Shown here: positions 49,830 to 63,600 of the stretch, piece by piece
Position numbering within the stretch: the first letter of the stretch is position 1
Layout: each line of letters begins with the position of its first letter
Assembly (NCBI RefSeq): GCF_039654945.1
Contig: NW_027361749.1
Span: 12,648,001-12,712,000 of the forward strand
Direction: 5' to 3'
Origin: Dendrobates tinctorius
Taxonomy: Eukaryota
DNA: 64,000 nt
Made by a program: the position numbers and the translations under genes
Notes under the pieces: generated by a model
What the model was told of the DNA's origin: nothing
Database searches by the model: none
Seen by the model: only the letters and a program-made list of their open reading frames with translations

Positions 49830-51108
49830 TACTTATGAATTTATACAATTTGTGTTTTTTGTGTGTTTTTTTAAGTAGTCAAAATATAAAAAAAACTAGT
49901 TAACCAGCTGTTTCTTTTTTCAGTTAATGAGTTTTTTAACTTACATATAATAAAATAGATGATCCCTATCGCCTGTATAATTGATGCTCACTGTTGCCTG
50001 TATAAGTGATGATCACTATCACCAGTGTAATTGGTTACTTATGCATGACTATAATTCTACAAAGTTCCTGACTTTCTGCAAGTGTGCCTGGAAACATTGG
50101 TGCTATTTTTAAGTCAATGTTGGTCAGAACAAATATTGATTTAATTTAGATTTCTCTCTTGTTCATTCCCTTTACATTTTGTTAATTGATTTAAATAAAC
50201 GCTGCATATATATTTACAGCCATTCCCCTCTTAATTCCCATAAAATTCTTAAATACATTTCAATCATAAGTAAACAAATTCGTTTGGAATCAAGAGAGCT
50301 AAGATGTCCAATAAAATGCTATTTAAGAACAAACTACATGGAGGTCTTAGATTACCAAATCTAATTATTATTATACTAGATTAATTATGCAATCTCAGAA
50401 CTGGATGAATAAAAATTCATCTCTTGCTTGGACTGATCTGGAAGCTTACACTTCCCCAACTATCTACTATATCAGCAGTTATACATGCATGGGAAGAACC
50501 TGCTAATTTTCAAGTAGAAAATTGTCAAAATTCGATAAAATCAAAAATATCTCAATTTATTTTATCAAACTTATTTCTGGGCAAAAAATTCCCGACTCTT
50601 GGAAAGCTTTGGACTTAAAATCAGGGATTTCCATGATGGAATTAGATTTATTCCCTTCCAAAGCCTAAAAATGTGTAATAAGCTAACTGATTCCGATATT
50701 CTCAGCGGTATAAGGAAAACAATATCTATTCTCTTAACCCTTTAGTGTCCAAACCAATTTTAACCTTCATGACCAGGCTAAATATTTGAAATCTGACCAG
50801 TGTCACTTAATGAGGTAATAACTCTGGAATGCTTTAATGGATCCCAGTGATTCTGAGATTGTTTTTTCGTGATATATTGTACTTCATAATAGTGGTAACA
50901 ATTTGTTTGATGTGACTCATGTTTATTTGTGAAAATATTGGAAATTTGGCTAAAATTTTGCAATTTAAAATTTTTATTTTTTATGCCTTTAAATCAGAGT
51001 TAGGTCACATAAATAACCTTTCGCACATGTCTACTTTACATCTGCATAATTTATTAAACATAATTTTGTTTTGTTAGAAAATTATAAGGGTTAAAAGTTG
51101 ACCAGTTA

Positions 51109-51619
51109 GGCTGGTTTCACATTTGCGTCTCTGCGCACAGCGTTTGATCCGCATAGATCCGCATGTGTCATGTTACATATATTTATTATGGTGTATGCAT
51201 GCGTCGTTTCGCGGTGGGCGGCAGGGTCTGGCGAATGCAACATGTTGCATATTTTGAAGCGTCAAAAATCTGTCAAATATGCGCAGGCATGCCGATGAGT
51301 GTGTCAAAAAACGCATTACTGTCTATGGGAATGCATGCGTACGCAAGGACATGCATACGCATGCTTTCGATACACATGCGTTCTTCACATAAATCATGTC
51401 CAGGAAATGAGACACACCCATTTGGTGTGGCTTTTGTAAAGGAAATTCTCCAAGCGCATGCGCTGAAAAACGCAAGTGCATGCAAAAACGCAGGTTTTTT
51501 TGAGTCATTCGTAAGCTGATGCTGATAAAAAACGTGGCATTTGCATGCGTTTTGACATGCGTTTGCGCATGCAGATGATACGCTGCACACATATACTGTA
51601 CGCAAATGTGAACATAGCC
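51109..51619. mobile_element. PIF/Harbinger-type MITE, ACGCATGCG-motif family
   Basis: GGCTGGTTTCACATTTGCG / CGCAAATGTGAACATAGCC ends; TWA flanks. Confidence 0.85.
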
Positions 51620-52719
51620 TAAGTTCTCATTTTTCCAGCAAAATTTACAAAACCATTTTTTAGTGACCACATCATATTTGAAGTAGCTTTGAGGGACCTA
51701 TATGACAGAAAATACCAAAAAGTGACACCATTCTAATTACTGCAGCCCTCAAAGTCCTCAATCACATTCAAGAAGTTTATTAACCATTTAGGTGCTTCAC
51801 AGGAACTAAAGCAATGTGGAAGGAAAAAAAACATTTAACTTTTTTCACAAAAAGTTTACTTTAGCCCCCAATTTTTTTTTTAAATTTTCACAAGGGTAAC
51901 AGGTGAAAATGTACCCCATAATTTATTGTGCAATTTGCCCTGAGTACGCCAATACCCCATATGTCGGGGAAAGCCACTGTTTGGGCACACGGCAGGACTT
52001 TGAAGGAGAGGAGTACTGTTTGACTTTTTGAACTCAAAAATGGCTGGTATCGAGACCAGACGCCATGGAAACCCCTCACAAGTGACCCCATTTTGGAAAC
52101 TAGACCCTTCAAGGAATGTATGTAAATGTGTGGTGAGCACCTTAAACCCCCAGGTGCTTCACATAATTTTATAACATAGAACTGTGAAAATAAAAAAATC
52201 ACATTTTCCCTACAAAAATGTACTTTTAGCCCTAAATTTTGTATTTTCACAAGGGTAGGAGTAGAAAATGAACACCAAAATTTGCTGTGTAATTTCTCCT
52301 GAGTATGGCAGTACCCCATATGTGGGGGAATACTACTATATGGGCTCAAGGTAGGGCTTGGAAAGGAAGGAGTGAAGTTTTGAAACAGACTTTGATGGAA
52401 TGGTCTGCGGGCATCATGTCACGTTTGGAGAGCCCATGATGTGCCTAAACAGTGAAAAAAATAACACAAGTTACCCCATTTTGGAAACTACATCCATCAA
52501 GGATTTTATCCAGGCGTATAGTGAGAATTTGAACCCACAGGTATTACACAGAATTTGATGAGTAGATCATCATATTGAAAATTTTCATTTTTGTCACGAA
52601 AATGTTGTAATTTTCACAATGGATAATAGGAGAAAACATACCCCATAAGTTGTTGTGCAATTTCTCTTGAAGGCGACTATGCTCTACATGTGGTCAAAAA
52701 CTTCTGTTTGGGCATATGG

Positions 52720-53030
52720 CAGGGCCTTGCGAAAGTATTCGGCCCCCTGGAACTTTTCAACCTTTTCCCACATATCATGCTTCAAACATAAAGATGCCAA
52801 ATGTAAATTTTTGGTGAAGAATCAACAAGAAGTGGAACACAATTGTGAAGTTGAATGAAATGTATTGGTTATTTTAAATTTTTGTGGAAAGTCATAAACT
52901 GAAACATGGGGCGTGCAATATTATTTGGCCCCTTTACTTTCAGTGAAGCAAACTCACTCCAGAAGTTCATTGTGGATCTCTGAATGATCCAATGTTGTCC
53001 TAAATGACTAATGATGATAAATATTAATGA
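52720..53030 (+). mobile_element. Isolated left end of the Tc1 family seen at 21990
   Basis: High similarity to 21990-22295. Confidence 0.85.
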
Positions 53031-53237
53031 TGATACATCTAGGAGTGTAGTGAGTATTTTGAACCCATAGGTGCCTTACAGAATTTTATAACATTGAGAC
53101 TAGGAAATATGACATTTTAGTTGTAAAAATGTAATTTTGTATTTGCTGCAAATTTGTCAGGTACACAACGGTTAATAGGTGAAACTGGACCCCCTAATTT
53201 ATTGTGCATATTCTCCCGAACATGGTGATGCCCCATA

Positions 53238-54806
<1,569 letters not shown>

Positions 54807-56254
54807 TATATCCTCAGAAATTACTGTGTGGTCACACGCCAGGGCTGAGAAGAAAGGAGCGCCATTTGGCTTTTGGAGCACAGATTTTGGTAGAATAGTT
54901 TGCGGGCGATATTTACTGAGCACCAAAGGTGCCCCCATTGTAGAAATTGCACCTCTCAATTCTTTTTTTCTGGAGAATTGCCAATATGCCAGATTAGTAC
55001 CCATACATTTTACCTCCATATATTGTAACACCCCCATATTTTGTGCCCAGCTTGTGCTTCTGGTGATACCCTCCCAGGAAATTAAGTACAATAATGCCAA
55101 ACATGTGTCCGCTTAGCGTGATTTAGTCACAGTGGGGCTCAGAAGGAGGGGGGCATTGAGATTTGGTAGCATAGAATTCCCTGGATTTTGATTGAGGGGG
55201 CAAGAGCCATGTCGCTTTTCCACAGTCTTTGTTCTAGCAGTAACGAGGGGCCGTCTGTTATCTCACTGTTATGAAGCACATCCACTGCCATGTTTTGTCG
55301 CACCAGAACTGATAGACCTTGTGTTGAGCCAACTTGTTGACTCTGATATTTTATCAGGGCATCCACCTCTTTGCTTTAAATGGATGGATGACCTTCATTT
55401 CATATTCTTTCAATAGTTATGGCACTCTCGTGCAGTTTAGTAATTTTCTTGACCGAGAAACTGCTATTGAGCTAAATGATACGGTTTCTCTTTTCTTTGG
55501 AACTCTTCTTCATGGCTGCTCCTCGATTCAAACCAGTGACCTTTAGCTTGGGAATCAGCCTAATATCACACTGAGCTATTAGGCAATGTGAGAACAGGTT
55601 ATAATTTGTAGTATACAGGAGAAAAAATTTTTTTCCAACACTAGGAGCAAAACAGTAACTATGCAGTGACATGACAAGAATCTGCATAACAGATCATATG
55701 CTAAATAGTTGCAAGTCAAATTTATGTATAAGATAGCCAAGATGATTGTCTATAAAATGATTGTAGTCTCACGTTTGGAGCAGTAGTGGATGGTGAGATA
55801 TGGAGCCTGAAAGTCAAAAGTTCAAAACATTGCTACCCTTCTGCTTGTCAGTGTGTATACACACACAAATGTTGGCACCCTGAAATTGTTCAAGAAAATG
55901 AAGTATTTCTCCCAGAAAATTATTGCAATTACACATGTTTATTTGATTTATGTATTGGAACAACATAAACAGAGATAAAAGGCAAAATTGACATAATTTC
56001 CTTTAAGCCCCAAAAATGTGCCGGACAAAATTGTTAGCATCTTTAAAAAATGTGCGTAAGCAACTTTGTTTCAAGGTTGTGATGCTCATTCAGACTTTCC
56101 TGTGACAATTAACAGGTGTGAGCAATATGAAAATCACACCTGAAACAGATTTAAAAAAAAAGTAAAAGTTGACTGTGTGTGCCACACTAAGCATGGAGAA
56201 CAGAAAGAAGAGAACTGTCGGAGGACATAAGAACCAAAATTGTTGAACAATATC

Positions 56255-56626
56255 AATCTCTACTCCCCTCTTATCTCCTTTTCCCACAGTCGCATACAAG
56301 ATTTCTCCCATGCATTCCCCCTACTCTGGAACTCTGTACCACAACATATCAGACTCTCACCTACCATGAAAATCTTCAAAAGGAACCTGAAGACCTACCT
56401 CTTCTGACAAGCCTAAAACCTGCAGTAACCACCAAACTGGTGCACGACCAGCTCTCCCCTCACCTACTGTATCCTCACCCATCCCTTGTAGATTGTGAGC
56501 CCTTGCGGCCTGGGTCCTCTCCTCCTGTACCAGTCGTGATTTGTATTGTTTAAGATTATTGTACTTGTTTTTATTATGTATACCCCTCCTCACATGGAAT
56601 AAATGGCGCTATAATAATAAATAATA
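56255..56626 (+). mobile_element. L2 LINE 3' end
   Basis: QDFS...P.LWN...FKRNLKTYLF C-terminal remnant, 3' UTR and (AAT)n tail. Confidence 0.8.
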
Positions 56627-57191
56627 ACCAAGTCCAACTCCAGAGATCTTGCTGTTCCTCGCATAACATAATCAAGAAGTTTACAACCCATGGCAAAGTA
56701 GATAATCTCCATGAACAAGGATGGCAGAGAAAAATTGATGAAAGGTTGCAACGTAGGATAGTCCGGATGACGGACAAGCAGCCCTCATCAAGTTGCAAAG
56801 AAATTCAAGCTATGCTTTAGGCTTAGGGTGCATCAGTGTCAGCACAAACTATCCATCAACATGTGAATTAAATGAAACCGTATGGCAGGAGAACCCCTCT
56901 GCTGACACAGACATAAAAAAGCTAGCCTGAAGTTTTCCAAAATTTACGTGAGTTAGCCAAAATTATTCTGGGAAAGTGTCTTTTGGACAGAGTAGACCAA
57001 GATAGAGCTTTCTGGTAAAGCACATCATTATACTGTTTACCGAAAACGTAATGAGGCCTACAAGGAAAATAGCACAGTACCTCCAAATATAGTGGAGGTT
57101 CAAAAATGTTTTGAGGTTGTTTTGCTGCCTTTGCCACTGGGCACTTTGTGTGCAAGGCATCATGAAATCTGAAGATTACTAAAGAATTTTG

Positions 57192-57503
57192 ATACAGGAA
57201 AGATGTATATCTTTGTACCGTGTTAGCCAGTAGATAGAAAAATATTGAGAGTCCTCAGTGGTTGATACCTTCTAATGGCTAACTGAAAAGATGGTAACAA
57301 ATTGCAAGCTTTCGAAACTACTCTGGTCTTTTCATCAGGCATTGACTAATGCAAAATCTGAAGAGTCACAAATTTATGCACAACACAGCACAGAAAAAAT
57401 GCAATAGATAAGACAAGTGACGTGAAGCAGAAGTATCATTATGGGAGAAGGATACACATAAATATTGGAACAGTTCATAGATAAGGAGTCTGGATGTTTT
57501 ATT
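57192..57503 (-). mobile_element. Penelope-like retroelement fragment with hammerhead motif
   Basis: Flanked by a 16-bp imperfect duplication of Tc1 sequence (57176-57191 / 57504-57519); CTGATGA...CGAAAGCTTGCA on the minus strand. Confidence 0.7.
57298..57345 (-). ncRNA. Minimal type I hammerhead ribozyme-like motif
   Basis: UGC-CUGAUGA-A-AAGAC(CAGAGUA)GUUUC-GAAA-GCUU-GCA; palindromic AGCU stem III. Confidence 0.6.
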
Positions 57504-58225
57504 TTACCAAAGGATTTTGGTTTTCAATGCAGTGCCCAGTCTCAGAAAGCTGGGTTTGTGCTCCAGGTCATGGGCCTCCCTATAGGACAATAACCCCAAA
57601 CATCAAAAAGCACCCAGAAATGGATGAAAGCAAAGTGCTGAAGAGTTCTGTAGAAGCCAGCATCAAGTCTGGATCTAAATTTCATTTAATACCTGTGGAG
57701 AGATCTTAAAATTTCTGTTATGATAAGGTGCCTTCAAATATGAGAGACCTGGAGCAGTTTGCAAAAGAAGAGTGGTCTAAAATTCCAGTTAAGAGGTGTA
57801 AGAAGCTTGTTGATGGTTATAGGAAGTGAGTTTGCAGTTATTTATTCCAGATGATGTTTCCATCAAATATTAAGTTGAGGGTTCTAACAATTTCGTCCAG
57901 CCTGTTTTTGGGATTTTGTGTGAAATTATGTTCAATTTGCATTTTTTCAGTTTGTTTTTTTGGTGTTGTTCGAATACACACAAAGGAAATAAACAAAGCT
58001 TGTAATTGCAATAATTTTATGGGAGAAATACTTTTTGGAACAATTTTAAGGGTGCCAACACTTTCTGTCATGGCTGTATTTAATTTAATTTCTCAATAAG
58101 TTCCAGAAGCCAGTTCTATACATTTGTCATTCGCTGGGAATGGGCCAGTTTTTTTTTTGTAGTATTATTAAATTTAAGCCTTGTTAACTCTAATGGCATC
58201 TGCCATTTGTATAGTGACTTAACAA

Positions 58226-58836
58226 TCTATATATATATAAACGCCTTATCATGTCTGTCTGTAACCGAAATCCTGCTGCTCTGATTGGTCGCGGCCGCTA
58301 GGCCCCCGCTAGGCCGCAACCAATCAGCAGCAGGCGCAGTCCGCAATTAGCAGGACGCACGCCACCGCTACCGTTCCGTCGGGAGATCAGCGGCGCTTCA
58401 TCTTCGAGCGCATGGGCGTCAGCGACGCAGCCGAAGATGCCCGGCGCTAGCCGGTACCCAGGGTCCGGAGGAGAAGAGACTCCTCCGGACCCTCGGTACC
58501 ATAAACGTGTAAAAAATAGAATTAAAAGAAAAAATAGTGATCTACTCACCTTCCGACGGCCCCCGGAATCTGTCCCTCCTCTCCATGCTGCCGGCATCTT
58601 CCGTTCCCAGTACTGCTTTGCGCGAAATACCGCTGATGATGTCGAGCTCTCGCGAGAGGACGTCAGCAGCGGTCTTTGGAGCAAAGCAGTACTGGGAACA
58701 GAAGATGCCGTCAGCGTGGAGAGGAGGGACAGATTCCGGGGGCCGTCGGATAGTAAGTATATCACATTTTTTATTTTAATGTGCCGCTGGCCATATTCTA
58801 GAGTACCCGATGCTTTAGAATCGGGCCAGTAGCTAG
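58226..58836 (+). mobile_element. Non-autonomous Helitron
   Basis: 5' TC start, 3' CTAG end, subterminal hairpin CCCGAT...ATCGGG (58806-58825), inserted between A and T with no TSD. Confidence 0.88.
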
Positions 58837-60348
58837 TGTATTATATAAGTGTAAGCCATGACAAACAAGTGATTAGATTCTTTTAGGGAGAGGTGATTTA
58901 TTTTTGCAACATATTAAGAAGCACAAATACATAACTGTTTAATTTTCTGTTAAAGCAGTAACTTTATTAGGCTACTTTTTGATAATATATTATTTGAGAA
59001 AGATAAATGATACTTTCCATTTAACTGTTATTGTAATTATTGTGGCTATAAAAATGTTTTATATCAACAGTGATCTGAACACTTCTATTGTAAACATGTG
59101 TTTTAATTACTTTTTGGCAGTAAATTGTATTTACTGTCTGTCTTTACTTTGGAAGAATATTCTTTATTTTTTTTTCCCCCCTTGGAAGAATATCCTTTTT
59201 TTTTTTTCTTATAATTCACTAGACAATTTCAGTCTAATTTCAAATTGTCATGGTTTCCTTCCTGATAGGCTTCATTTCCATCTGTCTGGCCATCTAACTT
59301 TTTCTCCTCTCTGGCTTTGTAGATAAAACCAGAGGGAAACTGGTGCACAAACCGTTCCCGGTGCATTAGTTGTGCCGGATCACAAAAAGTTAAATTTAGC
59401 ATTTTTCTATTCAGCTAGTCAATATTCCAGTAGAAACTGGTGCAAAAGTCTTATGACAATTGTCATCATCAGTGGAGAACAAGAAAACCGTTATTAATGG
59501 CAAATAGAAACCCTGCCAAAGAATATGTTCACACATGGTGGATACACTGCAAATTTTCAGTCTGGATTTGCAAGTAAAAGAATAATTGTTCATTCTAATA
59601 TAGAAAAGTGGATGATATCTTAATGAATTTCAACCACATGTTGTATATATACATTTCATATCTGTGCCGAAATTGCCTGCTGTGTGGATTTGAAACTTCT
59701 AAAAACAAGTAGACCAAAATCCACATCATTTGGTGCTGGACATTGCTGCCAATGTCCTATGGATTTCTTACAAATTGTAATGAATAATTTGCTGGTTTTC
59801 CAGATTTATTTGCACTTTTTTACTCCAACAATTCTGTATTTCTTTGGCAGAATTGTATCGCTTAATATCAGAGGGTTCCTGAATCATAAGTCTTTTACAT
59901 AATTCATAATGTTTTACAATTTTTCTTTGAGGCAAATGCATATTTTTTATTGCAAGGACTAATTAATAGTAATCCCATTTAATATGCAAGAAGATAAGGT
60001 CAACATGAATTGTGAACCATTTATGGAGCTGACATCCCAAAATAGTGATTAAATAGTCTTCATGGATTGGTTTTAAGGTTTAATTGAGAGGACCAGCAGA
60101 GGAGCAGCATATTATTTGTCAGTGTTTTCCGTATGCAAACCTGATAGCATACAGACTGCACACTGACCATTGCAAGTCAATGTGGCTGTTCACATGCATG
60201 TCTTTATACACAGACCGATGTAAAAAATCGCAGCATGAAAAATCGTCAGTTTTTTTATGCAAGAAAATTGTGTATGCCTACTTCTCAGTCTGTTCTAGTT
60301 AAAATATATGCATAAAAAGCACACTATCAACAGATAGAGATATATATA

Positions 60349-61942
60349 CAGTGCCTACAAGTAGTATTCAACCCCCTGCAGATTTAGCAGGTTTACACAT
60401 TCGGAATTAACTTGGCATTGTGACATTTGGACTGTAGATCAGCCTGGAAGTGTGAAATGCACTGCAGCAAAAAAGAATGTTATTTCTTTGTTTAATTTTT
60501 TTTAAAATTGTGAAAAGTTTATTCAGAGGGTCATTTATTATTCAACCCCTCAAACCACCAGAATTCTGTTTGGTTCCCCTAAAGTATTAAGAAGTATTTC
60601 AGGCACAAAGAACAATGAGCTTCACATGTTTGGATTAATTATCTCTTTTTCCAGCCTTTTCTGACTATTTAAGACCCTCCCCAAACTTGTGAACAGCACT
60701 CATACATGGTCAACATGGGAAAGACAAAGGAGCATTCCAAGGCCATCAGAGACAAGATCGTGGAGGGTCACAAGGCTTGCAAGGGGTACAAAACCCTTTC
60801 CAAGGAGTTGGGCCTACCTGTCTCCACTGTTGGGAGCATCATCCGGAAGTGGAAGGCTTATGGAACTACCGTTAGCCTTCCACGGCCTGGACCGCCTTTG
60901 AAAGTTTCCTCCCGTGCCGAGGCCAGGCTTGTCCGAAGAGTCAAGGCTAACCCAAGGACAACAAGGAAGGAGCTCCGGGAAGATCTCATGGCAGTGGGGA
61001 CATTGGTTTCAGTCAATACCATAAGTAACGTACTCCACCGCAATGGTCTCCGTTCCAGACGAGCCCGTAAGGTACCTTTACTTTCAAAGCGTCATGTCAA
61101 GGCTCGTCTACAGTTTGCTCATGATCACATGGAGGACTCTGAGACAGACTGGTTCAAGGTTCTCTGGTCTGATGAGACCAAGATCGAGATCTTTGGTGCC
61201 AACCACACACGTGACGTTTGGAGACTGGATGGCACTGCATACGACCCCAAGAATACCATCCCTACAGTCAAGCATGGTGGTGGCAGCATCATGCTGTGTG
61301 GCTGTTTCTCAGCCAAGGGGCCTGGCCATCTGGTCCGCATCCATGGGAAGATGGATAGCACGGCCTACCTGGAGATTTTGGCCAAGAACCTCCGCTCCTC
61401 CATCAAGGATCTTAAGATGGGTAGTCATTTCATCTTCCAACAAGACAACGACCCAAAGCACACAGCCAAGAAAACCAAGGCCTGGTTCAAGAGGCAAAAA
61501 ATCAAGGTGTTGGAGTGGCCTAGTCAGTCTCCTGACCTTAACCCAATTGAAAACTTGTGGAAGGAGCTCAAGATTAAAGTCCACATGAGACACCCAAAGA
61601 ACCTAGATAACTTGGAGAAGATCTGCATGGAGGAGTGGGCCAAGATAACTCCAGAGACCTGTGCCGGCCTGATCAGGTCTTATAAAAGACGATTATTAGC
61701 TGTAATTGCAAACAAGGGTTATTCCACAAAATATTAAACCTAGGGGTTGAATAATAATTGACCCACACTTGTATGTTTAAAATTTATTAAAATTTAACTG
61801 AGCAACATAACTTTTTGGTTTGTAAGATTTATGCATCTGTTAATTAATCCTGCTCTTGTGTGAAGTTTGAAGGCTCTAACTTATTTGCATCTTACCAAAC
61901 CTGCTAAATCTGCAGGGGGTTGAATACTACTTGTAGGCACTG
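60349..61942 (+). mobile_element. Complete Tc1 transposon
   Basis: Perfect ~45-bp TIR CAGTGCCTACAAGTAGTATTCAACCCCCTGCAGATTTAGCAGGTTT; inner repeats TTATTATTCAACCCCT at ~60535 and ~61742 (inverted); lies in a (TA)n tract. Confidence 0.97.
60706..61737 (+). CDS. Tc1 transposase, DD34E, uninterrupted ORF (343 aa; 340 aa from the second ATG)
   Basis: Paired-like HTH N-terminus; WSDETK, KHGGG, QQDNDPKH-x-SPDLNPIE with D-x34-E spacing. Confidence 0.96.
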   Translation: MVNMGKTKEHSKAIRDKIVEGHKACKGYKTLSKELGLPVSTVGSIIRKWKAYGTTVSLPRPGPPLKVSSRAEARLVRRVKANPRTTRKELREDLMAVGTLVSVNTISNVLHRNGLRSRRARKVPLLSKRHVKARLQFAHDHMEDSETDWFKVLWSDETKIEIFGANHTRDVWRLDGTAYDPKNTIPTVKHGGGSIMLCGCFSAKGPGHLVRIHGKMDSTAYLEILAKNLRSSIKDLKMGSHFIFQQDNDPKHTAKKTKAWFKRQKIKVLEWPSQSPDLNPIENLWKELKIKVHMRHPKNLDNLEKICMEEWAKITPETCAGLIRSYKRRLLAVIANKGYSTKY

Positions 61943-62214
61943 TATATATATATATATATACATAGAATAATTGTCACATGGACATTTCTGTTCATGCAAC
62001 TGTTTTCCTTTCTCTTATATGAATGTGCACATTGTAGTTTCACGCTGAAGGCAACAAAACCACCATCGAACACAAATGGAAACAAGGAGTAAAGATACAC
62101 CTGTGAAACAAACATATGAATGTGTTAAATCTTGGATTCTTCAAAGTACCCTTCCTTTTACTCTGGTGGTAACATTACATATCCTTGGCATTCGTTCAAG
62201 CAGATTTATCAGGT

Positions 62215-63128
62215 ACTCACCTTTACCTTTGCTTTGTAGTCCAACTCCTCCCAAACCATCTCAGTAATGTTGAAGTTAGATACTAATGGAGGCGATGTCA
62301 TCTGGTACAGCACTGCGTCTGTCTCCTTCTTGGTCACAAGCTCTTATTTAGCCTGGAGGTGTGTTTTCGTCATTGTCCTGTTGCAATACAAATGATGGTC
62401 CCATTTAGTGCAAACCAGATGGGATGAGATATCATTGCAGAATGCTGTGTTAAGGTACGGTTACATTTAGCGATGCATCAGCGATCCCGACAATGATACG
62501 ACCCGGTCAGGATCGCTGGTGCATCGCTAAATGGTCGCTAGTGAGCTGCCAAACAGGCAGATCTCACCAGCGATCAGCAGCGGTCGTTACCTGTCACACG
62601 CAGCTCTGATGACGTCTTCCGCCCGTCCATGCGTCGCTCGTCGGCGCCAGTAGGAAGCAGGCAATGAGAAATGAACAAGGACGATCTCGCGTTATCAGCG
62701 ATATCCAGTGGGGGACCGGGTCGCAAGTACGTGTCACATGTAGCGAGAACACTAGCGACATCGCTGTTGCTTCACAAAATCGGTGACGCTTTAGTGATAT
62801 AGCATATCGATCTCGCTATGTGTGAAGGGGGCTTTAGCCATGCTGGTTAAGTTTGCCTTTGAATTTAGAATAAATCACCAACAGTATCACCAGCAAAATA
62901 CCCCAACTACCTCCCCCTAACAATCAGAGTAAAAGCAGAATGCTTTGAGGCATCTAATGTTTAACTTTTATCCTGATTTATTTTACATGTGTTTCATTAT
63001 TCCTTGTTTCTATATGTATTCCCTCATGGTTTTGCTGTCTTTAGTCCAAATCTATAATGTGCACATTCCATAAAGAACAAGGAAAACCATTGAATGAATG
63101 GATGTGACCAAACTTTTGACTAGTACAG
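62215..63128 (-). mobile_element. Decayed Tc1 fragment hosting a MITE
   Basis: Minus-strand WG.FAG..VG.L...NQHG, QQDND.KH and EMVWEEL remnants; TIR-like CCAAACTTTTGACTAGTAC near 63108-63126. Confidence 0.65.
62453..62833. mobile_element. PIF/Harbinger-type MITE, AGCGAT family (copy 5)
   Basis: TTA TSD at 62450-62452 and 62834-62836. Confidence 0.9.
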
Positions 63129-63600
63129 GATGATTCACTCGCCAATGTACCTAGAAAAATTGCGGTAACTTTTAAAAGAGACTGTACATACTTTGGTTCA
63201 AAAGTAGTGAGAGTGCAGTGAACCTCAGCGACAGCAGCAAGAAACATCCATGCGCTGAGAGGTCTTGACGATTTGTTGCCCCACCGGTCATCTCCACTAC
63301 GAGCGTGACTTGCTGCAAGCCTTTCTGTGCATCTGTAGTTTGTGTGGTGCTTGCATTTCACTCCTGCCAAGTTCCTGCTTCCTTTGTTAACAACGTACAG
63401 ATTCAGTATGGAGGAGCGTGTTTTCATTGTGAGAACTTATCGGAAAACTGAGTACTTAAAGAGGTGCTAAAGTTAGTTTCTAAAGAAGTCTGAAAGTTGA
63501 AATCCACTGTCCAAGCTGTGTATTCTGTCATTGGTGAATAAGCTGGAACATACAGGAACATTATTGGATAGGCATGATGGAGGATGTCTGAAAATCCCTG
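63126..63600 (+). mobile_element. 5' fragment of a rosa/DD41D-like mariner (DUF4817-type HTH)
   Basis: TA-CAGGATGATT start; FSMEERVFIVRTY.KT...C...F......P.SK.CI..LVNKLEHTGTLLDRH with stops. The catalytic domain is absent, so the family call is tentative. Confidence 0.6.

Larger units (their letters stand above)
55860..58077 (+). mobile_element. Old Tc1 with L2 and Penelope-like insertions
   Basis: TGTTGGCACCCT / AGGGTGCCAACA end motifs, right end ...CATGGCTG-TA; transposase remnants (K.SGGS.MF.GCFAA, QDNNPKH). Confidence 0.75.

Noticed and set aside
58298-58832. Mirror-image ORFs on both strands
   Set aside because: Produced by the palindrome inside the Helitron.
61043-61588. 181-aa ORF overlapping the Tc1 transposase
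   Set aside because: Alternative frame of a GC-balanced coding sequence; no motif support.
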